Under the pieces are notes generated by a model. That model had not been told where the DNA came from and searched no databases. It was given only the letters and a program-made list of their open reading frames with translations. The position numbers and the translations under genes are program-made. From Flavobacteriaceae bacterium (GTDB taxonomy: Bacteria > Bacteroidota > Bacteroidia > Flavobacteriales > Flavobacteriaceae): 64,000 nt of DNA. The stretch spans positions 17,474 through 81,473 of the forward strand of contig JAHEKR010000008.1 in NCBI GenBank assembly GCA_024638225.1. Direction: 5' to 3'. This document shows, in pieces, positions 8,751 to 19,214 of this stretch; within the stretch, counting starts at the first letter, position 1; every line of letters starts with the position of its first letter.

Positions 8751-9524
8751 ATGGAACTGATTCTAAAACGTCCGATTTGCTTTTTTGATTTAGAAACTAC
8801 TGGTGTCAATGTAGCTAAAGATAAAATTGTTGAAATCTCCATTTTAAAGGTCTTTCCCAACGGCAATAAAGAATCCAAAACATGGTTGGTTAATCCAGGT
8901 ATTCCCATACCACCACAAACCACAGCAGTACATGGTATAACCGACGAAAAGGTGGCTAATGAACCTAGTTTTAAGGAATTGAGCAAACCTATTCACAATA
9001 TGATTAAAGGGGCAGATTTAGCTGGCTTTAACTCGGATAGATTTGATATTCCTTTACTGGCAGAAGAATTGTTGCGCGCAGGAATTGATGTAGATTTTAA
9101 AAAGCAACTTACCGTTGATGTACAAACTATTTTTCATAAAATGGAGCAACGAAACTTGAGTGCTGCATACAAGTTTTATTGTGGTAAAAATCTCGAGAAT
9201 GCGCATAGTGCTGAGGCTGATACTACGGCTACATACGAAGTGCTAAAAGTCCAAATAGAAAAATACGATGCGTTGGAAAACGACATTGCCAAATTAAGTG
9301 CCTTTTCCACCCGACGAAAAAGCGTTGATTTTGCAGGTTTTGTCTTGTTGGACGCAGATGACGACCCCTGCTTTAGTTTTGGAAAGCACAAAGGAAAAAA
9401 AGTAGTTGAGGTCTTGCAAAAGGAACCCGGTTATTTTGGTTGGCTATTGGAAGCAGACTTCCCTCTGTATACCAAAAAAGTGCTGACCGCCATTCGCTTG
9501 GAAACACTCAATACGAATCCATGA
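8751..9524 (+). CDS. DEDDh 3'-5' exonuclease (DnaQ/epsilon-like domain)
   Basis: Exo motifs FFDLETTG, FNSDRFDIPLL and HSAEADT. The track start 8724 overlaps the E2 gene; the ATG at 8751 lies just after the E2 stop. Confidence 0.8.
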   Translation: MELILKRPICFFDLETTGVNVAKDKIVEISILKVFPNGNKESKTWLVNPGIPIPPQTTAVHGITDEKVANEPSFKELSKPIHNMIKGADLAGFNSDRFDIPLLAEELLRAGIDVDFKKQLTVDVQTIFHKMEQRNLSAAYKFYCGKNLENAHSAEADTTATYEVLKVQIEKYDALENDIAKLSAFSTRRKSVDFAGFVLLDADDDPCFSFGKHKGKKVVEVLQKEPGYFGWLLEADFPLYTKKVLTAIRLETLNTNP

Positions 9525-10132
9525 AAATCATCTGTGTTGGACGGAATTATGCCGCGCATATAGACGAACTGAACAACAGCCGGCCTGATGCACCTGTCAT
9601 TTTCCTTAAACCTGATACAGCTATCGCCCAATATAATTTGCCTTTTTTTATTCCTGAGTTTTCCAAGGAGGTTCATTACGAAGTGGAGGTGTTGGTTAAG
9701 ATTAACAGAATAGGCAAACACCTGCAACACAAGTTTGCCCATAAGTATTACGATGAAATCGGTTTAGGTATTGATTTTACTGCTCGTGACTTACAAAATA
9801 AACTTAAATCCAAAGGCTTGCCATGGGAAAAGGCCAAGGGATTTGACGGATCCGCTTATGTAGGAAAATGGATTAAAAAAGCATCGCTAACAAATATTGA
9901 TAAGCTGCCGTTTTCTTTGTATAAAAACGGGGATCTTGTACAACAAGCCGATACGTCCTTAATGCTCTGGGGAATAGATGAACTCATTGCACATATTTCA
10001 CAGTATTTTACCTTAAAAATTGGTGATATTATATTCACGGGAACGCCAGCTGGTGTTGGTCCAGTAGCCAAAAATGATCTTTTGGAAGGGTACTTAGATG
10101 GGCAAAAATCATTTTCATTAAATATTAAGTAA
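9521..10132 (+). CDS. Fumarylacetoacetate hydrolase (FAH) family protein
   Basis: MKIICVGRNYAAH... with a typical FAH-fold C-terminal region (GDIIFTGTPAGVG). The ATG at 9521 overlaps the upstream stop (ATGA). The track start 9440 is an upstream TTG inside the previous gene. Confidence 0.8.
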   Translation: MKIICVGRNYAAHIDELNNSRPDAPVIFLKPDTAIAQYNLPFFIPEFSKEVHYEVEVLVKINRIGKHLQHKFAHKYYDEIGLGIDFTARDLQNKLKSKGLPWEKAKGFDGSAYVGKWIKKASLTNIDKLPFSLYKNGDLVQQADTSLMLWGIDELIAHISQYFTLKIGDIIFTGTPAGVGPVAKNDLLEGYLDGQKSFSLNIK

Positions 10133-11382
10133 TGCAAGCGGACATTATTACTATAGGAGATGAAATTCTCATCGGTCAAATTGTTGATACCAATGCCACT
10201 TTTTTAGGAAAAGCTCTTACAGAAATCGGTTTTGAGGTGCGTCAGATTCGTACAATCTCAGATACCCAAGAAGCTATTTTAGATGCACTTTCATCCGCTC
10301 AAAATCAAGTCAAATTGGTCATTATGACGGGTGGACTTGGACCAACAAAAGATGACATTACAAAGCATACGTTGTGTACCTATTTTGAGGATACGCTCAA
10401 ATTTGAACCCAAAGTAATGGCGCATATCGAAGAGCTTTTTAGTAAATACGTAAAAGCAACTGTGAACGAATTAAATAGAAGCCAAGCGATGCTTCCATCT
10501 CGTTGCACTCAGCTGTTTAATCCAAATGGTACAGCTATGGGAATGTGGATGAAAAAAGAAGACACCGTTTTTGTTTCGTTGCCTGGTGTTCCGTTCGAAA
10601 TGAAGTATTTAGTCGAGGAACAACTTACTCCCATGCTCAAAAAAGCGTTCTCTCCGCCAGCCTTTGTCCACAAAACCATGATGACCTTTGGTCTGGGCGA
10701 AAGTATCATTGCCAAAAAAATTGAACTTTGGGAGCAAAATTTACCCAGACATATAAAACTCGCTTATCTCCCAAATCTAGGGCGTGTACGTTTGCGCTTG
10801 TCTGCAAAAGGAACCAATGCCGCTGCTCTTTCGCAAGAAATCGATTGCCTATTCGAGGCTCTTTATCCCATTTTGGGCGACCATATTACTGGATTTGAGT
10901 CTGAAGCGCCTATTGAAAAAAAGATTGGGCAACTACTGCAGCGCAAAGGATGGAAACTGGCAACGGCAGAGAGTTGTACTGGTGGTAGTTTAGCAGCTTT
11001 GTTTGCTCAGCACGCGGGTGCATCTGCTTATTTCAATGGGGCAGTTGTGAGTTATGCTACGGATGTCAAAAAGGGTTTGTTAGAAATCCCCACTAAATTA
11101 ATTGATCAACATTCTGTGGTAAGTAGAGCGGTAGCCTTGGCTATGGCAAATAGTGTGTTAAAAAACACACAATCGGATGTCGCCATAGCTACTACAGGAA
11201 ATATGGGCCCTTCTAAAGGCGATGCTGATGCAGAAATCGGTACTGTTTTTATTGCGATTATTACGCCAAAAGGGGAATTTGTGGAGCGGTTTCTGTTTGG
11301 AAAACACCGTGTTCGTAACCTTCAAAAGACACGAAACAAAGCCCTTGAGTTACTTTATAATGAATTACTGAGTCAAGTTTAA
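10132..11382 (+). CDS. cinA: CinA family protein (MoCF-binding domain plus PncC nicotinamide-nucleotide amidohydrolase domain)
   Basis: N-terminal IITIGDEILIGQIVDTNA and C-terminal ATAESCTGG motifs. 416 aa. TAATG overlap with the upstream gene. Confidence 0.85.
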   Translation: MQADIITIGDEILIGQIVDTNATFLGKALTEIGFEVRQIRTISDTQEAILDALSSAQNQVKLVIMTGGLGPTKDDITKHTLCTYFEDTLKFEPKVMAHIEELFSKYVKATVNELNRSQAMLPSRCTQLFNPNGTAMGMWMKKEDTVFVSLPGVPFEMKYLVEEQLTPMLKKAFSPPAFVHKTMMTFGLGESIIAKKIELWEQNLPRHIKLAYLPNLGRVRLRLSAKGTNAAALSQEIDCLFEALYPILGDHITGFESEAPIEKKIGQLLQRKGWKLATAESCTGGSLAALFAQHAGASAYFNGAVVSYATDVKKGLLEIPTKLIDQHSVVSRAVALAMANSVLKNTQSDVAIATTGNMGPSKGDADAEIGTVFIAIITPKGEFVERFLFGKHRVRNLQKTRNKALELLYNELLSQV

Positions 11383-11413
11383 TTAAAAATTTTTTTTACC
11401 AATCATATTTTCC

Positions 11414-11421
11414 TAGATTTG
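11414..11421 (+). promoter_or_regulatory. -7 promoter box (TAgaTTTG) for the rpmB-rpmG-DUF4295 operon
   Basis: tagatttg lies 20 nt upstream of the rpmB ATG and matches the Bacteroidota TAnnTTTG consensus. Confidence 0.5.
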
Positions 11422-11441
11422 CACCTCTTTAAAAAGAAGTC

Positions 11442-11678
11442 ATGTCGAAAGTATGTGAATTAACGGGCAAAAAAGCGATGGTTGGCAACAACGTATCAAA
11501 AGCCATGAACAAAACCAAGCGTAAGTTTGGTGCAAACCTTATCAAGAAACGTTTTTATCTTGTAGAGGAAGACAAATGGGTTACGCTCAGGTTATCAACT
11601 TCGGCGCTCAAAACAATCAATAAAAAAGGTCTTGTCGCGGTGATGAAAGAAGCACGTGCACAAGGACTTGTTAAATAA
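11442..11678 (+). CDS. rpmB: 50S ribosomal protein L28
   Basis: 78 aa. [29 protein letters not shown] is a typical L28 N-terminus. Confidence 0.95.
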   Translation: MSKVCELTGKKAMVGNNVSKAMNKTKRKFGANLIKKRFYLVEEDKWVTLRLSTSALKTINKKGLVAVMKEARAQGLVK

Positions 11679-11686
11679 GGTACGCC

Positions 11687-11869
11687 ATGGCTAAGAAAGG
11701 AAATCGCGTTCAAGTTATTTTAGAATGTACCGAGCATAAAGATTCTGGACTTCCAGGAACTTCCCGATACATCACTACCAAAAACAAAAAGAATACGCCT
11801 GATCGAATCGAAATGAAAAAATTCAATCCGATCCTAAAGCGTATGACCGTACACAAAGAAATTAAGTAA
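11687..11869 (+). CDS. rpmG: 50S ribosomal protein L33
   Basis: 60 aa. [17 protein letters not shown]... is typical L33. Confidence 0.95.
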   Translation: MAKKGNRVQVILECTEHKDSGLPGTSRYITTKNKKNTPDRIEMKKFNPILKRMTVHKEIK

Positions 11870-11871
11870 TT

Positions 11872-12024
11872 ATGGCAAAGAAAACGGTTGCAACCCTACA
11901 AACAAAATCAAAACGTCTTACGAAAGCCATCAAAATGGTCCGTAGTGACAAATCAGGTGCTTACACCTTTGTTGAAACTATTCTGGCACCAGAACTAGTC
12001 AATGACTGGTTAAATAAAAAATAA
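11872..12024 (+). CDS. DUF4295-like small protein (50 aa)
   Basis: Below the track size cutoff. Hand translation gives MAKKTVATLQTKSKRLTKAIKMVRSDKSGAYTFVETILAPELVNDWLNKK. It starts 2 nt after the rpmG stop and is followed by a terminator. A small basic protein at this position after rpmG is conserved in Bacteroidota. Confidence 0.7.
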   Translation: MAKKTVATLQTKSKRLTKAIKMVRSDKSGAYTFVETILAPELVNDWLNKK

Positions 12025-12046
12025 GTAAGCTGCAAAAAAAAAGATC

Positions 12047-12071
12047 AAAGCCACTTTATGTGGCTTTTTTT
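12047..12071 (+). terminator. Rho-independent terminator of the rpmB operon
   Basis: Stem aaagccac (12047-12054) / gtggcttt (12060-12067), 5-nt loop, and a T run through 12071. Confidence 0.8.
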
Positions 12072-12095
12072 GTTGGCTTACCTTACCTTTAACAC

Positions 12096-13025
12096 ATGGG
12101 CTTTTTTACTAAATCATCCGATCATCTTTTGTCAGGAATTGCCAAAACTAAATTGGCGTGGACCCAACGATTGAAGAAAACCTTACTTGGACGTAGTTCC
12201 ATAGATGCTGATTTGCTTGAAGAGCTCGAAGAAGTATTGCTAACATCTGACGTTGGTGCAGCAACTACCGAAAAAATCATGGATCGACTAACCAAGCGCG
12301 TTTCCAAAGAAAAATACATGAAGGTAGATGAGCTCGATCGGCTCTTGTACGAAGAAATGTCCGCACTGCTTACGGCAAATGAATCTTCACAAACAACTAC
12401 CGCTGACGGTCTTCATGTTGTTCTGGTGGTTGGCGTCAATGGAGCTGGCAAAACTACTTCCATCGGGAAGCTAGCCAAACATTATACCAAGCAAGGCAAA
12501 CGTGTGATGCTTGCCGCCGCTGATACCTTTCGCGCTGGCGCTGTGGAACAACTACGCTTGTGGTCCGAACGTGTTTCGGTCCCTCTGGTCGCTTTAAATG
12601 AAGGGAGCGACCCAGCTTCTGTAGCCTATACAGCTGTAACTCGTGCCCAAAATGAACAAATAGATGTTTTGCTTGTTGATACCGCAGGGCGTTTGCACAA
12701 CAACATCAACTTGATGCAAGAGTTAGCCAAAATTAAACGCGTTGTTCAAAAAGTAATACCTGATGCACCACATGAAGTACTGCTTGTGTTGGATGGTGGA
12801 ACGGGGCAAAATGCTTTTGCTCAGGCGAAGGAATTTTCGCAAGCAACCAGCGTAACAGGACTGGTACTTACCAAACTAGATGGCACTGCCAAAGGCGGAG
12901 TTGTTATTGGCATTTCAGACGAATTAGAAGTGGCTATTAATTATATTGGAATCGGTGAAGGCGTTGATGACCTGATTCCTTTTGATGTAAAGGAGTTTTT
13001 GGATTCACTCTTTAAAAATGATTGA
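12096..13025 (+). CDS. ftsY: Signal recognition particle receptor FtsY
   Basis: SRP GTPase motifs GVNGAGKTTSIGKLA, DTAGR and TKLDG. 309 aa. Confidence 0.92.
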   Translation: MGFFTKSSDHLLSGIAKTKLAWTQRLKKTLLGRSSIDADLLEELEEVLLTSDVGAATTEKIMDRLTKRVSKEKYMKVDELDRLLYEEMSALLTANESSQTTTADGLHVVLVVGVNGAGKTTSIGKLAKHYTKQGKRVMLAAADTFRAGAVEQLRLWSERVSVPLVALNEGSDPASVAYTAVTRAQNEQIDVLLVDTAGRLHNNINLMQELAKIKRVVQKVIPDAPHEVLLVLDGGTGQNAFAQAKEFSQATSVTGLVLTKLDGTAKGGVVIGISDELEVAINYIGIGEGVDDLIPFDVKEFLDSLFKND

Positions 13026-14671
13026 TGATGCGTTTTACTATCTATTTTATTTTTTTTCTACTTATTATTTCTTGTTCGCAAACTCCGACAAAGTATTGGG
13101 AGCCTTACGATGAACAAGCCGAATTAACTGAAAATCAAGCCCACGAAAACCCTCGTATGCGTTATAAACTTATCCAATCTAAATTTTTGGATAAAGATGC
13201 GCTTTGGGCACCCTTTGAAAAGGAGTTAAACAAATTTGGTCTAGAAAAATACGAGACCCTAAAACCCCTAATACTGGAGCAGGATATTCCAACCATACAA
13301 GCCCATATCGCTGCTGCTAAGCTTAGTTATGAAGAACTCACTACCTTTTATTTGTACCGTATACGAACCTTAGAGTCTGATCGGTCGACTACCCTAAATG
13401 CTGTCCTGGCATTAAACCCTGACGTCATTGAGCAGGCACGCCAAAAAGACAAAGCCAAAAAGACGGATACGCACCCTATTTATGGGATGCCCATTTTGCT
13501 AAAAGACAACATCAATACAGCAGACATGCCGACCACGGCTGGAGCGGCTATTTTGGAAAGTCACCAGCCAGATGAAGATGCCTTTATCGTTTCTAGGCTA
13601 AAAGCAAAGGGTGCACTCATTTTGGGAAAAGTTAACCTCAGTGAATGGGCCTACTTCTTTTGTGGAGGTTGTCCTGTTGGGTACAGTGCCATAGGTGGAC
13701 AAACGCTCAACCCATACGGTAGGAGAATATTTGAGACTGGCGGTTCAAGTTCAGGGAGTGGGGTAGCGGTTGCTGCAAATTACGCCGTGGCAGCCATAGG
13801 TTCGGAAACATCTGGATCAATTCTTTCTCCATCGAGTAAAAACTCTGTAGTAGGATTTAAACCTACCATCGGCCTGGTGAGTAGAACAGGTATTGTACCC
13901 ATATCAAGTACGCTAGATACGGCAGGTCCCATGACAAAAAATGTTGCAGATAACGCAATTGTCTTAGATGCCATAGCGACCACAGATCCTAAAGATAACA
14001 TCACCACAAAAGCCCCAAGAATGATGGTTTTTTTAGATAAGCAGCTTACTCCATCACTAAAGGGTGTACGCTTGGGTGCTATGTCCAACCTTATGGAGGC
14101 AGATTCTTTGTACCGCAATGCTGTTCAAGACCTTAAAGAAGCAGGTGCAGAGGTGATTTCTTATACGCCAGAACGTGTTCCATTAGATGGTTTTGTTTCC
14201 ATTTTAAATGGAGATATGAAAAACGACTTGCCAGCCTATTTCCAGCAAACATCAACAGCAGGTTTTAAGGACATGGACGTGCAAGCAGTTATCGATTTTA
14301 ACACACAAGACAGTACGTTGTATATGCCATACGAACAAGCACGTCTAGATGGAGTTATGTCAGATACCATTAGTTCATCTGGATTAGCGCAAACCATTGA
14401 TAAGTTAACTAATACAGCCTCTTCGTTTTTTTCAAAACCGATGAACACACACAATTTGGATGCAATTTTGTCCATTAATAATTACTATGCAGGTCACGCT
14501 GCTATTTCTTTTTATCCGTGCCTTACTGTTCCTATGGGTTATTCAACAGAAGGAGAGCCGGGAAGCTTAACGTTTATTTCACCAAGTTTTAGCGAGGAAA
14601 AATTACTGGCTTTGGGTGCTGCTTACGAATCGGTTACAAAACACAGAAAACCTCCAACGGGATATCAATAA
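13025..14671 (+). CDS. Amidase-signature family protein, probable lipoprotein
   Basis: Amidase signature GGSSSGSG and an N-terminal signal with lipobox LIISC. The ATG at 13025 overlaps the ftsY stop (TGATG). Confidence 0.8.
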   Translation: MMRFTIYFIFFLLIISCSQTPTKYWEPYDEQAELTENQAHENPRMRYKLIQSKFLDKDALWAPFEKELNKFGLEKYETLKPLILEQDIPTIQAHIAAAKLSYEELTTFYLYRIRTLESDRSTTLNAVLALNPDVIEQARQKDKAKKTDTHPIYGMPILLKDNINTADMPTTAGAAILESHQPDEDAFIVSRLKAKGALILGKVNLSEWAYFFCGGCPVGYSAIGGQTLNPYGRRIFETGGSSSGSGVAVAANYAVAAIGSETSGSILSPSSKNSVVGFKPTIGLVSRTGIVPISSTLDTAGPMTKNVADNAIVLDAIATTDPKDNITTKAPRMMVFLDKQLTPSLKGVRLGAMSNLMEADSLYRNAVQDLKEAGAEVISYTPERVPLDGFVSILNGDMKNDLPAYFQQTSTAGFKDMDVQAVIDFNTQDSTLYMPYEQARLDGVMSDTISSSGLAQTIDKLTNTASSFFSKPMNTHNLDAILSINNYYAGHAAISFYPCLTVPMGYSTEGEPGSLTFISPSFSEEKLLALGAAYESVTKHRKPPTGYQ

Positions 14672-14673
14672 AT

Positions 14674-15978
14674 ATGCGAACAAAATCAACAAACAAGAAT
14701 AAAATTAATGTAGTTACGCTTGGTTGCTCGAAAAACATCTACGATTCAGAGGTGCTTATGGGTCAACTTAGGGCGAGCAACAAAGAAGTTGTTCATGAGC
14801 AACAAGGAAATATAGTTGTGGTGAACACCTGTGGTTTTATTGACAATGCAAAAGAAGAGTCGATTAACACCATTTTGTCTTTTGCAGAACAAAAAGAGCA
14901 AGGCTTGATTGATAAGCTTTTTGTTACGGGTTGTCTGAGTGAGCGCTATAAGCCAGACTTAGAAGCCGAAATTCCAAATGTGGACAATTATTTTGGCACT
15001 ACTGATTTGCCTTTATTGCTTAAAGCACTTGGAGCAGATTATCAGCACGAGCTCTTGGGGGAACGGCTCACGACAACACCAAAAAATTACGCCTACCTCA
15101 AAATCTCTGAGGGATGCGATCGCCCGTGCTCGTTTTGTGCTATACCACTTATGCGCGGTGGTCATCGCTCCAAACCCATTGAAGATTTGGTTGTTGAGGC
15201 TGCTGGCTTGGCAAAAAACGGGGTAAAGGAGCTTATTCTTATTGCACAAGATTCCACCTATTACGGACTCGATTTGTACAAAGAACGTCGCCTCGCAGAT
15301 TTGCTTCGTGCGTTAGCCAAAGTAGATGGAATTGAATGGATACGACTTCATTACGCCTTCCCCTCTGGATTCCCAGAAGATGTTCTAGATGTAATTGCCA
15401 AGGAGCCTAAAGTTTGTTCCTATATTGATATTCCCTTGCAGCATATTTCAGACCCTATTTTAAAATCCATGCGTCGCGGGACAACTCAGAAAAAGACAAC
15501 AGCACTGCTCCAACGCTTTCGGGCTGCTGTTCCAGAAATGGCGATTCGCACTTCGTTGATTTTAGGTTATCCTGGCGAAACAGAAGAAGACTTTGAGCTT
15601 CTTAAGAATTGGGTACAAGAAATGCGTTTTGAGCGTTTGGGCTGCTTTCAATACAGCCATGAAGAGAATACTCACGCACACAGTTTAGTTGACGATGTTC
15701 CAGCCGAAGTAAAACAAGCGAGGGTAAATGAATTAATGACTATTCAAGCGCAAATTTCTTGGGAAAAGAATCAAACTTTGATTGGAAAAACATTAAGCTG
15801 CGTAATCGATAGAAAAGAAGGAAAATACTTTGTAGGTCGCACTGAGTACGACTCTCCAGATGTGGATAATGAGGTATGGGTAGATGCTGCCAAACATTAC
15901 CTTAAAGTCGGTGATTTTACCCAGCTAACCATTGTTTCGGCACAAGACTTTGATTTGCATGCTGTACCTGCAAATTAA
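14674..15978 (+). CDS. rimO: Ribosomal protein S12 methylthiotransferase RimO
   Basis: UPF0004 N-domain (VNVVTLGCSKN), radical SAM cluster CDRPCSFC and a C-terminal TRAM domain. 434 aa. Confidence 0.85.
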   Translation: MRTKSTNKNKINVVTLGCSKNIYDSEVLMGQLRASNKEVVHEQQGNIVVVNTCGFIDNAKEESINTILSFAEQKEQGLIDKLFVTGCLSERYKPDLEAEIPNVDNYFGTTDLPLLLKALGADYQHELLGERLTTTPKNYAYLKISEGCDRPCSFCAIPLMRGGHRSKPIEDLVVEAAGLAKNGVKELILIAQDSTYYGLDLYKERRLADLLRALAKVDGIEWIRLHYAFPSGFPEDVLDVIAKEPKVCSYIDIPLQHISDPILKSMRRGTTQKKTTALLQRFRAAVPEMAIRTSLILGYPGETEEDFELLKNWVQEMRFERLGCFQYSHEENTHAHSLVDDVPAEVKQARVNELMTIQAQISWEKNQTLIGKTLSCVIDRKEGKYFVGRTEYDSPDVDNEVWVDAAKHYLKVGDFTQLTIVSAQDFDLHAVPAN

Positions 15979-16008
15979 TCCTTTTGCTACATTGCGTACT
16001 TTTGCCCT

Positions 16009-17613
16009 ATGAAGCTAATCGAGTCGTTGGGATATCACAATGCGGTATGCACCCCGCTGATGCAGCGTTTTTTATCTAACGATAAAAAGCTCGCTTCTTT
16101 TCACAGTGGTTTTTTTACCAATCAAGCGGCAAAAAAAGTAGCAAGATATCGTGCCGAGGGATTTCCAAAAGAAGCACGTGAGACGCTTGTACAAGCACTG
16201 GAAAAGCAGTACGCGCAGCATCCGTCCAATCCAATGAGAACGGCTCAGCTGAGGCGCTTGACAAAGCCCAACTCGCTTACAGTGACCACAGGTCATCAAC
16301 TGAATTTATTTACAGGACCTTTATTTTTTTGGTACAAAATAATCGAGGTCATTTGTATGGCCGAACAGCTTAATAAAGAAGATAAAACACACGATTACAT
16401 CCCTGTTTTTTGGATGGCTTCAGAAGATCACGATATCGAAGAAATCAATCATTTCTTCTTGGGCGAACAAAAGCTTCGCTGGGACTCGCCCCCTTCTGGT
16501 CCAGTGGGTAGAATGAGCACTCAAAAACTGAAAGATGTGTACCATCATCTTAGTCATGTTTGGAGAAATAATCCTACTGCAAAAGAACTACTTCAGCTTT
16601 TTAAAACAGCTTATCTAAATAAAAATAATTTAGCTCATGCCACTCGTATTTTGGTTGATCGTCTTTTTGGGCATCATGGGTTACTTATTGTAGATGGAGA
16701 TGATCCAATACTAAAAGCGCAATTTGCTCCACATATAAAAGAAGAGTTGACCAAGCAGCTAATACATAAAAACGTTACAAACACAGACAAGCAGTTGTCA
16801 ACAGCAATCCCCAACTACAAGCCTCAAGTCACCGCCCGTGTGATAAACTTATTTTATATGCAAAATGACGTTCGAACCCGTATTGTCAAAAACGGAAGTG
16901 ACTACGCTACTACCGATAATGCATTTTCTTGGACTGAGGCGCAGTTATTAAAGGAAGTAGAGCAGTACCCCAACCATTTCTCCCCCAATGCACTGATGCG
17001 TCCGCTTTATCAAGAAACAGTACTGCCCAATGTCGCCTATGTGGGCGGTGGAGGTGAGCTCGCTTATTGGGTGCAGCTAAAATCTACTTTTGACGCGTAT
17101 GCCGTGCCATTTCCTTTGTTGCAGTTGCGCAAAAACATTTTGTTGCTCAGCGAAAAGCAGGTAAATAAATGCGCAAAGTTATCCTTGCCACTAGCAGATT
17201 TATTTTTACCTACTGCCTCTTTTATTAACAAGCGCGTTCGTCAAATAAGTGATATTGACATCGATTTCAGCCCACAACGTGAGCTACTGCGCAAGCAGTT
17301 TGCTGCATTGGAAGACCTTGCAAAGCAAACGGATGAATCATTTTTAGGGGCCGTTTTGGCACAAGAAAAAAAGCAACTAAAAGGCCTAGATAAGCTCGAG
17401 AAACGTTTGCTAAAAGCACAACGACTCAAGTTAAAAGACCAGGTGGTTCGTATGACAGATATGCAGCACGCGCTTTTTCCCAACGGAATTCTTCAAGAAC
17501 GCGTGGCGCATTTTTCTGCTTTCGTGTCCGATGAAGGTATTTCTGCATTTGGAGAAAATCTTAAGTCGTGTATGGCTTCATTGCCAAACGGACTCAGCGT
17601 GGTACAACTGTAA
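16009..17613 (+). CDS. bshC: Bacillithiol biosynthesis cysteine-adding enzyme BshC
   Basis: 534 aa. TGHQLNLFTGPLFFWYKI and VGGGGELAYW motifs are typical of BshC, and there is a coiled-coil C-terminus. Confidence 0.8.
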   Translation: MKLIESLGYHNAVCTPLMQRFLSNDKKLASFHSGFFTNQAAKKVARYRAEGFPKEARETLVQALEKQYAQHPSNPMRTAQLRRLTKPNSLTVTTGHQLNLFTGPLFFWYKIIEVICMAEQLNKEDKTHDYIPVFWMASEDHDIEEINHFFLGEQKLRWDSPPSGPVGRMSTQKLKDVYHHLSHVWRNNPTAKELLQLFKTAYLNKNNLAHATRILVDRLFGHHGLLIVDGDDPILKAQFAPHIKEELTKQLIHKNVTNTDKQLSTAIPNYKPQVTARVINLFYMQNDVRTRIVKNGSDYATTDNAFSWTEAQLLKEVEQYPNHFSPNALMRPLYQETVLPNVAYVGGGGELAYWVQLKSTFDAYAVPFPLLQLRKNILLLSEKQVNKCAKLSLPLADLFLPTASFINKRVRQISDIDIDFSPQRELLRKQFAALEDLAKQTDESFLGAVLAQEKKQLKGLDKLEKRLLKAQRLKLKDQVVRMTDMQHALFPNGILQERVAHFSAFVSDEGISAFGENLKSCMASLPNGLSVVQL

Positions 17614-17687
17614 ATGAGTGGTTCCGTACTGTTAAAAACTAATAATCGCATTTAAATCATCAATTAACTTTAGTTGTATTTTTGCAT

Positions 17688-19214
17688 ATGCAAAACAAAG
17701 TACTCATCCTCGATTTTGGCTCGCAATACACCCAGTTGATTGCTCGCCGTGTTCGAGAGCTCTCCATTTTTTGTGAAATCCATCCTTTTCATAAAATCCC
17801 CTCAGATATAGATACCTTTAAAGCGGTCATACTTTCGGGTTCCCCCTTTTCTGTTCGCGCTGATGACGCACCACATCCGGATTTAAGTGCTATTCGCAAA
17901 AAAATTCCTTTACTTGGTGTGTGTTATGGCGCACAGTATCTCGCACATTTTAATGGGGGCGAAGTAGCTGCATCCAATACACGGGAGTATGGACGGGCAC
18001 GTCTGCAGACAGCTCAAGCGCATAGCTTTACCCATAAAATCCCCGCACAATCTCAGGTTTGGATGAGTCATGGCGATACCATTAAACAATTACCCGAAGG
18101 TGCAAGCTGTTTGGCATCTACTGAAGATGTAATCAACGCTGCATACGTGATGGACGACGACATGACTTTTGGTATACAATTTCACCCAGAGGTATATCAT
18201 TCAACAGACGGATTACAGCTATTGCAAAACTTTTTGATTGATATAGCAGGCATCACACCCGACTGGACTTCAGAGGCTTTTGTAGAAACTACCGTAAGCC
18301 GTTTACAAAAAGAATTGGGCGAGGACAAGGTGATTTTGGGATTAAGCGGAGGTGTTGATTCTTCTGTTGCTGCCATATTGTTACACAAAGCTATTGGTAC
18401 TAATTTGCATTGCATTTTTGTCAACAACGGACTGTTGCGCAAAAATGAATATCACGATGTATTGGAGCAGTATAAAGGAATGGGACTCAATGTAAAGGGT
18501 GTAGATGCGTCTAAACGATTTTTGGATGCCCTTGCAGGAGAAGAGGATCCTGAGACCAAGCGCAAAATTATTGGTAAAGTATTTATTGATGTGTTTGATG
18601 ACGAAGCACACCAAGTTGCGGGCGCTTCTTGGCTTGCTCAAGGAACAATCTATCCCGATGTCATCGAGTCTATTTCGGTAAATGGACCTTCAGCAACGAT
18701 TAAGTCACACCACAACGTAGGCGGATTACCTGATTTTATGAAACTTAAAGTTGTTGAACCGCTTAATATGCTTTTTAAAGACGAAGTTCGTCGTGTAGGA
18801 GCCAGCTTATCTATGCCACAAGAAATTTTGGGCCGTCATCCCTTCCCAGGCCCTGGCTTAGCCATCCGTATTTTGGGCGATATAACACCCGAAAAAGTTC
18901 GTATGTTGCAAGAAGCCGATGCGTTATTTATCCAAGGGCTAAGAGATCGTGGTTTGTATGATGATGTGTGGCAAGCGGGTGTAATGTTACTCCCTGTAAA
19001 TTCTGTCGGTGTTATGGGCGATGAACGTACCTATGAAAAATGTGTCGCCTTACGTGCTGTTACATCCACGGACGGAATGACGGCAGATTGGGTACATTTG
19101 CCTTATGACTTTTTACAAGAAATTTCAAACCAAATCATTAATCGTGTTCCCGGAATTAACCGCGTCGTTTATGACATCAGCTCAAAACCTCCTGCGACCA
19201 TTGAGTGGGAGTAG
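17688..19214 (+). CDS. guaA: GMP synthase (glutamine-hydrolysing)
   Basis: GATase domain (GVCYGAQ) plus the ATP-PPase P-loop [10 protein letters not shown], ending in the conserved ATIEWE. The track start 17682 is TTG; ATG at 17688 is preferred. Confidence 0.95.
   Translation: MQNKVLILDFGSQYTQLIARRVRELSIFCEIHPFHKIPSDIDTFKAVILSGSPFSVRADDAPHPDLSAIRKKIPLLGVCYGAQYLAHFNGGEVAASNTREYGRARLQTAQAHSFTHKIPAQSQVWMSHGDTIKQLPEGASCLASTEDVINAAYVMDDDMTFGIQFHPEVYHSTDGLQLLQNFLIDIAGITPDWTSEAFVETTVSRLQKELGEDKVILGLSGGVDSSVAAILLHKAIGTNLHCIFVNNGLLRKNEYHDVLEQYKGMGLNVKGVDASKRFLDALAGEEDPETKRKIIGKVFIDVFDDEAHQVAGASWLAQGTIYPDVIESISVNGPSATIKSHHNVGGLPDFMKLKVVEPLNMLFKDEVRRVGASLSMPQEILGRHPFPGPGLAIRILGDITPEKVRMLQEADALFIQGLRDRGLYDDVWQAGVMLLPVNSVGVMGDERTYEKCVALRAVTSTDGMTADWVHLPYDFLQEISNQIINRVPGINRVVYDISSKPPATIEWE

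Noticed and set aside
19105-19200. Upstream extension of the LysM protein ORF, overlapping guaA by 110 nt
   Set aside because: The extension has no signal-peptide character and overlaps the conserved guaA C-terminus. The hydrophobic signal sequence begins only after TTG 19201.
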